The notes beneath the pieces are model-generated. The model was not told the origin of the DNA and did no database searches. It saw nothing but the letters and a program-made list of their open reading frames with translations. A program made the position numbers and the translations under genes. From Thermoanaerobaculia bacterium (GTDB taxonomy: Bacteria > Acidobacteriota > Thermoanaerobaculia > Multivoradales > JAHEKO01), in the NCBI GenBank assembly GCA_947259725.1, contig CAMYNM010000020.1, positions 18,584 through 82,583 of the forward strand: DNA of 64,000 bases, given 5' to 3'. The first letter of the stretch is position 1, and each line of letters opens with the position of its first letter. Of the stretch, positions 29,808-38,826 are shown piece by piece.

Positions 29808-31514
29808 CTATGCCTCCATCGGCACCGGCTCGGCGGCCGCAGGGACCGCTCCGGGCAGTTCCACCCGCACTCGGGTGCCCTTGGCGGGTTGGCTCTCGAC
29901 GTAGACCTGGCCGTCGTGCTCCTTGACGATGCGGTAGACGATCGCCATGCCGATACCGGTGCCGCTGTCGAAGTACGAACGGAAAGGGTGAAACATCCGC
30001 TCCTTTTCCTCGGCGGTCATCCCGCAGCCGGTGTCGACGAACTCGAGGTAGTAGCGCCCATCGACGAGCTGGCCGACGATTCTCAGCCGGCCACCGTCGG
30101 ACATGGCGCGGAGGCTGTTGCGCGTGAGATTCCAGAAGATCTGGCTGATCTGATCGCGGTCGCCGACCAGATAAACGCTCTCCGGCTCGAGCTCGAGCTC
30201 GATGTCGTGCTCGACGCCGACCTCGTTGCTGTTGCGCAGGAGCTCGACGTTTTCGGCCACGAGCGCGGCTACGTCAAAGCGGACGCTGGCCGCGTGCTTG
30301 GGGCGGGCGAATTGCAGGAATCCCTTGATGGTTCGGTCGAGACGCTGGCTCTCCTTGAGAATGATATTGAGGAGCTTGCTCTTTGGCGAGTCCTCGGAAA
30401 CTCCGGAGGAGAGCATCTGCACGGAACCGGATATGGCCGCCAAAGGATTGCCGATCTCGTGGGCGAGCCCGGAGGCCATCTGACCGACCGCGGCCATGCG
30501 CTCCTGGAGCCGGTGTTCCTCTTGGAGACGCCGCCACTCCGACAGATCCTGGAAGATGAGGATGAAGCCCGCCATCTGACCGCCGCCGCTCAAGGTGCTC
30601 AGCGTGTAGCCAATGGTCAGCTTCCGGTCTTCTAAGCGATAGTCCGCGTCGAAGCGGTTGCGTGCGGCTTGTCCGGCTCCGCCGCAAAGCGTCCGCCACG
30701 TCTGCTCGTCGAATAGCCCCAGTTCATAGACGTGCCGTCCTATCAGCTGCTCGAGAGGCCTGAGGAGAATGTCCTGGGCCGCTAGATTGGCGCTGGTGAC
30801 GACGCCCGAGGTGTCGGTCGTCATCAAGCCGCTCGGAATGGATTCGATCACGTCTCGGTAGGCGACACGAAGCTCGGCCAGTCGTTCGCCCTTCTGGACC
30901 AGCGCTTCCTCGGCACGGGCGACATTTCGAGCCAGATGTGCGGTCAGAAACGCGACCGCATAGAAGCCCACCAGGTGTATGACCAGGTAGTAGCCGAGCC
31001 TCAACGCCGAGGGCTCCAGTGCCATATCGCTCGTGGCCTGAGCCGCCCAGCCCTGTGTCGTGGCGTATACCACGGCCGCGTACAAGAGCCATGCGAAGCT
31101 GGCGATGTAGACTCCGGCCTGGCGCCGCAAAAACACCGAGGCTTCGGTGATCACGATCAGGTAGAGAATGGAGAAGACGCTGCTCGCGCCGCCGAAGTAG
31201 TAGACCAGCCCGGTGATCACCAGCAGATCGCCGGTGAACTGAATGTAGGCTTGGGTCGCGCCGCTCGGCTTGCGCAGCGCAAGGAAAACGAGGTAGACGA
31301 GGCTTGCGACATATACCGCGCCCGCTCCGCGAAACAGGAAGTCGAAGCTCAGGTCCCTGCTCTCGTCGGTCATCCTGAGCAGGAAGTACGGCAGCGCCAT
31401 GCCGGTGACCGCCACCAGCCGCAGGATGATCATCCAGCGCAACTGATGGAACAACTTCACCTCGGGCCGCATCGAGCGCGACTCGAAACTGCCGGTCTCT
31501 GACGTTTCGCTCAC
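29808..31514 (-). CDS. pilS: sensor histidine kinase, PilS-like (6-TM N-terminus, PAS, HisKA-HATPase)
   Basis: N-terminal polytopic region. H-box MAAVGQMASGLAHEIGNPLAAI. G-boxes DTGCGM and GTGIGMAIV. Confidence 0.75.
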   Translation of the reverse strand: MSETSETGSFESRSMRPEVKLFHQLRWMIILRLVAVTGMALPYFLLRMTDESRDLSFDFLFRGAGAVYVASLVYLVFLALRKPSGATQAYIQFTGDLLVITGLVYYFGGASSVFSILYLIVITEASVFLRRQAGVYIASFAWLLYAAVVYATTQGWAAQATSDMALEPSALRLGYYLVIHLVGFYAVAFLTAHLARNVARAEEALVQKGERLAELRVAYRDVIESIPSGLMTTDTSGVVTSANLAAQDILLRPLEQLIGRHVYELGLFDEQTWRTLCGGAGQAARNRFDADYRLEDRKLTIGYTLSTLSGGGQMAGFILIFQDLSEWRRLQEEHRLQERMAAVGQMASGLAHEIGNPLAAISGSVQMLSSGVSEDSPKSKLLNIILKESQRLDRTIKGFLQFARPKHAASVRFDVAALVAENVELLRNSNEVGVEHDIELELEPESVYLVGDRDQISQIFWNLTRNSLRAMSDGGRLRIVGQLVDGRYYLEFVDTGCGMTAEEKERMFHPFRSYFDSGTGIGMAIVYRIVKEHDGQVYVESQPAKGTRVRVELPGAVPAAAEPVPMEA

Positions 31515-31535
31515 CGGCGTCCTCTCGACACGGCG

Positions 31536-32741
31536 CTATTGGATCTGACCGAGAATCGTATACAGCGGCAGATACATCGCAGCCACGATGGTGCCGATGA
31601 TCGCACCGAGGACCACGATCATGATCGGCTCGAGCAGCTTGACCATGCCCGCGACCGCGGTATCGACCTCGTCTTCGTAGAAGTCGGCGATCTTGGAGAG
31701 CATCTGATCCAGGGCGCCGGTCTGTTCACCGACGTTGATCATCTGCACGACCATCGGAGGAAAGACCTTGGTCTCGCCGAGTGGACCGCTCAGAGTCTTG
31801 CCCTCTTCTACACTGCGCCGCGTCAACATGATGGCGTCTTCGATGATCGAGTTGCCGGCGGTCTTGGCGGTGATCTCGAGCCCGTCCAGAATCGGAACGC
31901 CGGACGAGGTCAGGGTCGATAGGGTCCGGCAGAAACGGGCCACCGAGATCTTGCGGAGAATCTCGCCAAGAATAGGAATGCGCAGCAGCAGCCCGTCGAG
32001 CACTCTGCGCCCCTTGTCGGTCCGGTGGTAGGCGCGGATCGCGAAGAAGACACCCACCAACGCAGCCAGAATGAGGAGCGAGTAGCTGGCCACGAAGTTG
32101 CTCAACGAGACAACCCACTGGGTCAGGGCCGGAAGCTCTCCGCCCAGGCCGGCGAACAGCTGTGCAAACACCGGGATGACCTTCCAGAGGATGATCCAGA
32201 CCACGCCGACCGCGATCAAGATGACCGTGACCGGGTACATCATCGCGGATTTGACCTGATTCTTGAGCTTGACCGCTTTTTCCAGGTAGACGGAAAGGCG
32301 CTGCAGGATCACATCCAGAATACCGCCGGCCTCGCCGGCCGCGACCATGTTGACGTAGAGGTTGTCGAACGCCTTGGGCTGCCGGCGCATGGCTTCAGCC
32401 AGCGAGGCGCCGCCCTCGACGTCGGAACGGATCTTGGTGATCATCGCGCCAAAGGCGGGGTGCTCCTGCTGCTCGCCGAGTATCTCGAGGCACTGGACCA
32501 GCGGCAGGCCGGCATCGAGCATCACCGAGAACTGTCGAGTAAACAGCGCGACCTTCTGTTGGTTGACCTTGCGTGGGATGCGCGGCAGAAACGCGATCTC
32601 GCGCCCCTTCTCTCGCAGGGTACTGACCCGGATCTGTTGTTGGCGCAGCACTGCCGCCGCCGCGTCCTTGCTGTCGGCAAGCATGACGCCTTCACGGAAA
32701 CCTCCTTGGCGGTCGCGGCCTTTCCAGACAAAACTAGGCAT
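31536..32741 (-). CDS. pilC: type IV pilus inner-membrane platform protein (GspF/PilC family)
   Basis: Two T2SSF repeats (FTRQFSVMLDAGLPLVQCLEIL...; FCRTLSTLTSSGVPILDGLEI...). Three TM segments. Confidence 0.85.
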   Translation of the reverse strand: MPSFVWKGRDRQGGFREGVMLADSKDAAAAVLRQQQIRVSTLREKGREIAFLPRIPRKVNQQKVALFTRQFSVMLDAGLPLVQCLEILGEQQEHPAFGAMITKIRSDVEGGASLAEAMRRQPKAFDNLYVNMVAAGEAGGILDVILQRLSVYLEKAVKLKNQVKSAMMYPVTVILIAVGVVWIILWKVIPVFAQLFAGLGGELPALTQWVVSLSNFVASYSLLILAALVGVFFAIRAYHRTDKGRRVLDGLLLRIPILGEILRKISVARFCRTLSTLTSSGVPILDGLEITAKTAGNSIIEDAIMLTRRSVEEGKTLSGPLGETKVFPPMVVQMINVGEQTGALDQMLSKIADFYEDEVDTAVAGMVKLLEPIMIVVLGAIIGTIVAAMYLPLYTILGQIQ

Positions 32742-32765
32742 CAGAGGTACTCCTTACGGCAGCGC

Positions 32766-33878
32766 TCAGCGAGCGGCTCCGGCGGGTCGGCCGCCGGCCT
32801 CGCCCAACGCGGCGGCGCGGGCGATGATTTCCTGTAGTTCGTCGGGCTTCGAAGATCTGTTCATGGCGGTCTTCAGGTCGATCATTCGGCGGGCATAGAG
32901 AGCCGCGAGCGACTGGTTGAAGGTCTGCATTCCGAACTTCGCTTGTCCGGTTTGCATCATGCCGTAGATCTGATGGATCTTGTCTTCGCGGATGAGGTTG
33001 CGAATTGCGGAGTTCGGAATCAGGACTTCCATCGCCATGCACCGTCCGGTGCCGCTGGCCCTGGGCAACAGGGACTGGCACAGGATGCCCTCCAGCACGA
33101 ATGAGAGCTGGACCCGGATCTGGCCCTGCTGGTGCGCGGGGAAGATGTCGATGATCCGGTTGATGGTCTGCGCGGCCGAGTTGGTGTGCAAAGTGGCAAA
33201 GGTGAGGTGGCCGGTTTCGGCGATCCTCAGAGCCGCTTCGACGGTCTCGTGGTCGCGCATCTCACCGATGAGCACTACGTCAGGGTCTTGCCGCAGCACC
33301 GACTTGAGCGCGTTCGCGAAGCTCAAGGTATCGGCGTTGAGCTCGCGCTGGTTGACGATGCACTTCTTGTGGTGATGCAGATACTCGACCGGGTCCTCGA
33401 TGGTGACGATGTGCTCGGCTCGTTCGCTGTTGACCTTGTCGATCATCGCGGCGAGCGAGGTGGACTTGCCCGATCCGGTGGGGCCGGTGACCAGTACCAG
33501 GCCACGGGGTTTCTCGCACAGCTTCTGAACGATCCGCGGCAGGCCCAGCTCACGAAATCCCTTGATCTCGTACGGGATCTGACGAAACGACGCCGCCACC
33601 GCGCCGCGCTGGTGGAAGATGTTGCCGCGAAACCGTGCGAGGCCTTTGATTCCAAAGGAGAGGTCGAGCTCGAGGGTCTCCTCGAGTCGTTGTTTCTGCT
33701 TGTCGGTGAGGATGGAGTAGGCGAGTTTCTTGGTTTCTGTGGGGGTCAGCGCCGGGCTGTTGAGGGCATGGAGAACGCCGTCGATCCTGATTTGAGGCGC
33801 GGAGTTGGTCGTGATGTGCAGGTCGGACGCCCCCTGTTCGACCATCTCCTTGAGCAAGGCATTGAGTGACGCGGTCAT
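32766..33878 (-). CDS. pilT: type IV pilus retraction ATPase (twitching motility protein)
   Basis: Walker A GPTGSGKST. HITTNSAPQIRIDG N-terminus. AIRNLIREDKIHQIY and GMQTFNQSL are PilT signature motifs. Confidence 0.88.
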   Translation of the reverse strand: MTASLNALLKEMVEQGASDLHITTNSAPQIRIDGVLHALNSPALTPTETKKLAYSILTDKQKQRLEETLELDLSFGIKGLARFRGNIFHQRGAVAASFRQIPYEIKGFRELGLPRIVQKLCEKPRGLVLVTGPTGSGKSTSLAAMIDKVNSERAEHIVTIEDPVEYLHHHKKCIVNQRELNADTLSFANALKSVLRQDPDVVLIGEMRDHETVEAALRIAETGHLTFATLHTNSAAQTINRIIDIFPAHQQGQIRVQLSFVLEGILCQSLLPRASGTGRCMAMEVLIPNSAIRNLIREDKIHQIYGMMQTGQAKFGMQTFNQSLAALYARRMIDLKTAMNRSSKPDELQEIIARAAALGEAGGRPAGAAR

Positions 33879-33897
33879 ACCAAGATCCCCCTAAATA

Positions 33898-33913
33898 CCG
33901 TTGAAATCAACGG
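33898..33913. promoter_or_regulatory. dyad CCGTTGA-aa-TCAACGG in the AT-rich pilT / ABC-exporter divergent intergenic region
   Basis: Read directly. Perfect 7-bp arms. Confidence 0.45.
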
Positions 33914-33958
33914 ATTTATCGGATTATAGCAACCGCCGCATACGATTCTTGCGCAAAA

Positions 33959-33972
33959 TGTCACAGGTGACA
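33959..33972. promoter_or_regulatory. dyad TGTCAC-ag-GTGACA lying inside the spacer of a TTGCGC-16-CAGAAT promoter candidate (33949-33976) for the ABC exporter gene
   Basis: Read directly. A perfect 6-bp-arm palindrome positioned between the -35-like and -10-like hexamers. Confidence 0.45.
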
Positions 33973-34063
33973 GAATCGCGCCGCCGGGTGCCAATAATCG
34001 GACGAGCCGGAATCATCACCCCGGCGCTTCGGGTGGTTCTCGGCTGCTAGAGTCCCGCGACCG

Positions 34064-35914
34064 ATGAGTGAGTTCGAGGATCTCGCCGTCAAGCACACGC
34101 GCGGATACGACGCCCGTCTCATGCGGCGCCTCCTGAGCTATGTCCGGCCTTACCGAGGGCTGGCGGGCTCGGCGGTCGCGCTCATCGTTCTGTCCTCCGT
34201 GCTCCAGCTGGTCGGTCCGCTGGTGACCGCCGTGGCGCTCGATCTCTACATTCGGCCCTCGGCGGCCGAAGCGGCGCCCTCTGCGGTGAGTGTCGCGGTA
34301 GCCGAGATCCTGTCGGCTCGAGGGCTCGACCCCACGCCCGGGCAGGGGCTGGCGGTGATTGGCTTGACCTACCTCGCTTCTCTGGGCCTGACCTTCTGCG
34401 TGCTTTATCTCCAGGGCCTGATCATGCAGTTCATGGGGCAGTACATCATGTACGACCTTCGGCTCGAGGTCTTCAATAAGCTTCAGCGATTGCCGGTAGC
34501 ATTCTTTGACCGTAGCCCGGTCGGCAGGCTGGTGACCAGGGTCACCAACGACATTGACGCGCTCAACGAGCTGTTCACGGCAGGACTCGTGTCGATATTC
34601 GGCGACGTTTTTCTGCTTGGCGGAATCGTGTGTGTCCTGTTCTGGTTCAACTGGAAGCTGGCCCTGGTCACGTTCGCGATTATCCCGCTGCTGTTTCTGC
34701 TGACTTTCTGGTTCAAGCTTCGCGCGCGGCAGTCGTACCGAGAGGTGCGGGTTCGGTTGGCGGCGATCAACACGTTTCTCCAGGAGAACATCAGCGGGAT
34801 GTCGATCGTGCAGTTGTTCAACCGGGAGCGCGCGGCGCTGGCCGAGTTCAAGGACATCAACGCCGAGCATCGCGACGCCAACGTACGGGCGATTTTCTAC
34901 TACGCGGTCTACTTTCCCGCGGTCGAGCTGATCACCGCCATCGGGATCGCGCTCGTGCTCTGGTACGGCGGTGGCAGAGTGATCGCGGGAATGCTGTCCT
35001 TGGGGGCCTTGGTCGCGTTTCTTCAGTACGCGCAGCGCTTCTACCAGCCTTTGGCGGACCTGTCGGAGAAGTACAACATTTTGCAGGCGGCGATGGCCGC
35101 TTCCGAACGGGTGTTCGAACTGGTGGATCGCGAGCCGGAGATTCAGTCGCCGCCCGGCGCTTACCGCCCGGATCAGCCCCCTGGTGAGATCGAGTTCAAG
35201 GGCGTCGATTTCAGCTACAACCCCGGCGAGACCGTGCTGCACGATGTTTCATTCCGGGTCGCTCGCGGAGAAACTGTTGCGGTGGTCGGGCACACCGGTG
35301 CTGGCAAGAGCACGCTCGCCAGCCTGGTGCAGCGCTTCTACGACGTCGATTCGGGAGCCGTGCTGGTTGACGGTGCCGACGTGCGGCAGTGGGATCTGCG
35401 ACGCCTGCGCGTGGCCGTAGGGGTGGTGCTGCAGGACGTGTTTCTTTTTTCGGGCACGGTCGCGGAAAACATTCGGTTGGGCAATACCGAGATCGACGAC
35501 GAGCGGTTGCGCTGGGCGGCGCGAGAGGTCCACGCGCTGGAGTTCATCGACAACCTGCCGGGCGGTTTCGACGCGGTCGTGCGCGAGCGCGGTGCCGGGC
35601 TTTCAGTCGGCCAGAAGCAGCTGATCGCCTTCGCCCGGGCGCTCGCCTACGATCCCGGCATTTTGATTCTCGATGAGGCGACCTCGTCGATCGACACCGA
35701 GACCGAGCGCTTGATCCAGCTCGGCCTCGAAACGTTGCTCGCTGAGAGGACTTCCCTGGTTATCGCCCATCGGCTCTCGACCATTCGCAGGGCGGACCGG
35801 ATTCTGGTGCTCCACAAGGGACACCTCTGCGAGCAGGGAAGCCACGACGAGCTCATGGAGCTGGGCGGGATCTATTATCGGCTGCATCTGCTCCAGCACG
35901 GCGCCGCGGCGTAG
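34064..35914 (+). CDS. ABC exporter, fused permease + ATPase (MsbA/type I exporter fold)
   Basis: Six N-terminal TM helices. Walker A GHTGAGKST, signature LSVGQKQLIAFARAL, Walker B ILILDEATSSID. Confidence 0.85.
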   Translation: MSEFEDLAVKHTRGYDARLMRRLLSYVRPYRGLAGSAVALIVLSSVLQLVGPLVTAVALDLYIRPSAAEAAPSAVSVAVAEILSARGLDPTPGQGLAVIGLTYLASLGLTFCVLYLQGLIMQFMGQYIMYDLRLEVFNKLQRLPVAFFDRSPVGRLVTRVTNDIDALNELFTAGLVSIFGDVFLLGGIVCVLFWFNWKLALVTFAIIPLLFLLTFWFKLRARQSYREVRVRLAAINTFLQENISGMSIVQLFNRERAALAEFKDINAEHRDANVRAIFYYAVYFPAVELITAIGIALVLWYGGGRVIAGMLSLGALVAFLQYAQRFYQPLADLSEKYNILQAAMAASERVFELVDREPEIQSPPGAYRPDQPPGEIEFKGVDFSYNPGETVLHDVSFRVARGETVAVVGHTGAGKSTLASLVQRFYDVDSGAVLVDGADVRQWDLRRLRVAVGVVLQDVFLFSGTVAENIRLGNTEIDDERLRWAAREVHALEFIDNLPGGFDAVVRERGAGLSVGQKQLIAFARALAYDPGILILDEATSSIDTETERLIQLGLETLLAERTSLVIAHRLSTIRRADRILVLHKGHLCEQGSHDELMELGGIYYRLHLLQHGAAA

Positions 35915-35926
35915 ATCGCTTGAGGT

Positions 35927-36009
35927 GCCGCGTCTGCGGCGTTGCGCTGCGCTCGGGAATCCTCGACGTACTCGGAGTACGCCTCCGGTTCCCTCGCTGG
36001 CGCGCCTTG
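35927..36009 (+). repeat. 83-bp direct repeat, copy 1 (contains palindrome CGTACTCGGAGTACG and GCCGC-n4-GCGGC)
   Basis: Identical 83/83 to 36048-36130. Read directly. Confidence 0.9.
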
Positions 36010-36047
36010 CATCCATCGGCACCTCACGCGATCTGTGCTGAGCGGAA

Positions 36048-36130
36048 GCCGCGTCTGCGGCGTTGCGCTGCGCTCGGGAATCCTCGACGTACTCGGAGTA
36101 CGCCTCCGGTTCCCTCGCTGGCGCGCCTTG
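36048..36130 (+). repeat. 83-bp direct repeat, copy 2
   Basis: Identical to 35927-36009. Period 121 bp. Confidence 0.9.
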
Positions 36131-36152
36131 AGCGCCCGCTCTGCGGTGGCTT

Positions 36153-36235
36153 GTAGCGGTCGACGTCTCTGTCGACCGTCTTCGACGGGGGATCCGGTCC
36201 CTGGGGCTCGGTCAACCCCGGAGGTCGACCGCTAC
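36153..36235. repeat. 12-bp perfect inverted repeat GTAGCGGTCGAC ... GTCGACCGCTAC enclosing ~59 bp with further GTCGAC motifs; large stem-loop just downstream of the lipoprotein gene stop
   Basis: Read directly. Arms at 36153-36164 and 36224-36235. Confidence 0.7.
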
Positions 36236-36251
36236 AACAGCTTGTCGGTGC

Positions 36252-36803
36252 CTACTCGGAAGGCGCCGCCGACCCGATGCCCTGGATCTCGCCAAGAAGC
36301 TCGAGCAACTGCCCGACCCGCTCCTGGGACTCGCCGGTCGGGTAGGTGTAGGTGATGGTCAGGACGCGATTGGCCATCGGGTGGATCGAGTAGACCCAGG
36401 TTTCCTCGACCGGGCCGTATTCGCCGTCGTAGGCGCCGCGCGCGGTAAACGCGGTCCCGGTGGGTGTCCCGAGCTCGCGGTTGCCGAAATATTCACCACC
36501 GGGCGCCGATTCGAACAGGGCTTTTCGTTCTTTGATCGCCTCGATCAGATTGATCCCAAACTGCTCCTCGGGGCCGGCCGTGATGACCGCGCGGCCCGAT
36601 CCCGCTGCACCTGCCGCCTCGAGCACGATCTCGGGTCCGGACGCGTTGGCCACCGAAAACGCGCTGGGCAGGGCGGCGATGGCGATGCCGAGATCACGAT
36701 TCTCGACCCGCTCGGGAGCCACGACTTCTTGCGGCGCCTTCGTGCAGTGAGCCAAGCCGAGACCGAGAGCGAAGATCGAGAGGGCAAAGAGGCTACGTGT
36801 CAT
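36252..36803 (-). CDS. lipoprotein of unknown function (~183 aa)
   Basis: ATG at 36801-36803 with a GGAG RBS. Signal plus lipobox: MTRSLFALSIFALGLGLAHC. It overlaps the stop of the upstream gene by 11 nt. The track's longer N-terminus is probably not real. Confidence 0.6.
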   Translation of the reverse strand: MTRSLFALSIFALGLGLAHCTKAPQEVVAPERVENRDLGIAIAALPSAFSVANASGPEIVLEAAGAAGSGRAVITAGPEEQFGINLIEAIKERKALFESAPGGEYFGNRELGTPTGTAFTARGAYDGEYGPVEETWVYSIHPMANRVLTITYTYPTGESQERVGQLLELLGEIQGIGSAAPSE

Positions 36804-38730
36804 TTTCTTGCTCCGTGTCGGCGAGAAACTCGTCGAGCAGCTGCCCGGCGATTCCCATGAAATCGAACTCGGTGATGATGCCCACCAGCCGATCATCCTC
36901 CGCCACCACCGGAAGGCAGCTGATGCGATGCTTTCGCATGAGGCGGATCGCCTCGACCGTGCTCGCTTCAGGGCGAACGGTGATCAAGTCGCGATGCATG
37001 ATTTCACCGACCGAAGTGGATTTGCCGGTTCCGCTCGGCACACTGCCTCCGAGTAGCCGGAGTAGCGACCAGTGGGTGACCAATCCTACGAGACGGTGGT
37101 CATCGTCTTCGACCGGCACATGGCGGATGTGTTTCCAGTCCATGACGTAGGCGGCGATGTCGATCAGATCGTCCTGATTGACGGTGAACAGATCGGTGAC
37201 CATGATCTGTTCGACCCGCCGGTAGTGTTTCTTGGGATCGCCGGCTTCACTGGGCTGGGCGATATCCCATTCATGCACCGGCTGGCCCGTGTTCTGTCGA
37301 TGATAGGTCGCTGCGGTCAGAGCGGTGAGACTCTCGGCGCGGCCCGCGGTCTTGCTCATCGCGATGTGGGAGTCCACCAGCCACTGCGACGCGGTGCGTT
37401 GCGAGCGGGTTCGCTGCTCGATGACTTCGAGATAGCGCCTGGCCTCCGCGGGGTCGATCCCCAGATGCGCCAGGCCTTCCGAAGCGAGCGGCAGGAGATC
37501 CTCCAGGATCAAGTCTCTTGCTGCGACGGCTGGCCGGCCGGGCCAGTCGAACTGCGCCCCCAGGCCGAGACGCGCCGCCTTGACGAAGTTCTCGTGGGCG
37601 TCATCGAAACTCATCTTCTGGCTGATGTCACCGTATTCCTCACCCATTCCCGCGACCAGGCCGAACCAGAACGCCGCGTTGGCCATCTCGTCGAGAGGGG
37701 TCGGTCCGGAAGGCAGCACGCGGTTTTCGATTCGCAGATGCGGCTTGCCGTGCGAGATTCCGTAGCACGGGCGATTCCAGCGGTAGATCGTGCCGTTGTG
37801 CAGGCACAGAGCCCTGAGCGTCGGAGCCGTGCCGCTCGCGAGCGCGTCGAACGGGTCCTCGTCGATGTCGGCGCTGAGGATCACTCGGAACCGCGCGACG
37901 TCCTCCTGGAAGATCTCGAGGGCCGACTTCTCGACCCAGCTTTTCCCGAAGCTGACCCTCGGGCTCATCTCGCGCAGGTGTGCGGTGGGCGCCCGGGTGT
38001 CCACCGACTGCTGAAACAACGCGATCCGGGTTTCTCGCCAGAGCTGGCGCCCGAACAGGAGCGGGGAATTGGTCGCCACCGCGAGTACCGGCGCGGTCAC
38101 CGCCTGGGCGGTGTTGTACCGCAGGGGGAAGCGTTCGGGCGAGACTTGAAAGTGGACTTGAAAGCTCGCATTGCAGGCCTCGAGCATCACGTTGTCGTGC
38201 TGCAATACCAGTTCGTCGCGGCCCTTGATTCGCAGATCGTAGGCGCGGCCGCGCAGGCGCGTCATCGCTTCGTTGAGCCGGAAGTAGCGCGGCATCGGCG
38301 TCATGTTGTCCAGCGTCAGGTCCGTCTTTTCGAGAGTCGGCAGGATTCCGGTGAGCAGAATGCGGGATCCGGCGGCCTCGGCGCCGGATCGGGCGTTGGC
38401 GAGCAGCTCTTCCAGCTGCTTTTCCATTCGGCTCAGACAATCACTGGTCAGATCGAAGGCGTCGAGATTGAACTCGAGGTTGAACTTGCCGAGCTCGGTC
38501 GTGAAATGGGGATCGTTGATCTTCGCGAGCACGTCGAGGTTGTTGGTCGCCGGACGCCAGTTCGAGTCGACGATAAAGAGCTCCTGCTCCGCGCCGATTC
38601 TCTGCACGCCCGATTCGACGAGTCCGTGCTCGAGCATGTGCTCGAGCGCCCGCAGGTCGGTCAGCAGCTTCTTGCTGAACTCGCGAACGTCGAGGTTCGC
38701 GGCGTCCTGTGAGATGTCGTGCTCGCCCAT
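36793..38730 (-). CDS. glutamate-cysteine ligase family 2 (YbdK-like carboxylate-amine ligase) fused to a C-terminal CBS-domain pair
   Basis: The N-terminal ~450 aa read IGAEQELFIVDSNWRP... and FQVHFQVSPERF..., a GCS2/glutamine-synthetase-like fold pattern. The C-terminus has two CBS motifs (IMVTDLFTVNQDDLIDIAAYVMDWKHIRHVPVEDDDHRLVGLVT and IMHRDLITVRPEASTVEAIRLMRKHRISCLPVVAEDDRLVGIIT). Confidence 0.65.
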   Translation of the reverse strand: MGEHDISQDAANLDVREFSKKLLTDLRALEHMLEHGLVESGVQRIGAEQELFIVDSNWRPATNNLDVLAKINDPHFTTELGKFNLEFNLDAFDLTSDCLSRMEKQLEELLANARSGAEAAGSRILLTGILPTLEKTDLTLDNMTPMPRYFRLNEAMTRLRGRAYDLRIKGRDELVLQHDNVMLEACNASFQVHFQVSPERFPLRYNTAQAVTAPVLAVATNSPLLFGRQLWRETRIALFQQSVDTRAPTAHLREMSPRVSFGKSWVEKSALEIFQEDVARFRVILSADIDEDPFDALASGTAPTLRALCLHNGTIYRWNRPCYGISHGKPHLRIENRVLPSGPTPLDEMANAAFWFGLVAGMGEEYGDISQKMSFDDAHENFVKAARLGLGAQFDWPGRPAVAARDLILEDLLPLASEGLAHLGIDPAEARRYLEVIEQRTRSQRTASQWLVDSHIAMSKTAGRAESLTALTAATYHRQNTGQPVHEWDIAQPSEAGDPKKHYRRVEQIMVTDLFTVNQDDLIDIAAYVMDWKHIRHVPVEDDDHRLVGLVTHWSLLRLLGGSVPSGTGKSTSVGEIMHRDLITVRPEASTVEAIRLMRKHRISCLPVVAEDDRLVGIITEFDFMGIAGQLLDEFLADTEQENDT

Positions 38731-38826
38731 GGTTTCGACCTCGGGGAGGCCGCCTGACTTTCGTTGTCAGAGCGATCTTAATCCGTGGCCGGCCGTCGGC
38801 CAAGAACCGCGGAGGTCAGACCGATC

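Noticed and set aside
35927-36130. Possible CRISPR array
   Set aside because: There are only two copies of an 83-bp unit (too long for a CRISPR repeat) separated by a 38-bp spacer. No cas genes or leader are present.
35920-36355. Track ORFs 35920-36156+, 35942-36355+ and 36024-36215- spanning the tandem repeat
   Set aside because: Their reading frames exist only because of the duplicated 83-bp unit. Their composition is Arg/Cys-rich, and the region is better explained as a structured non-coding repeat.
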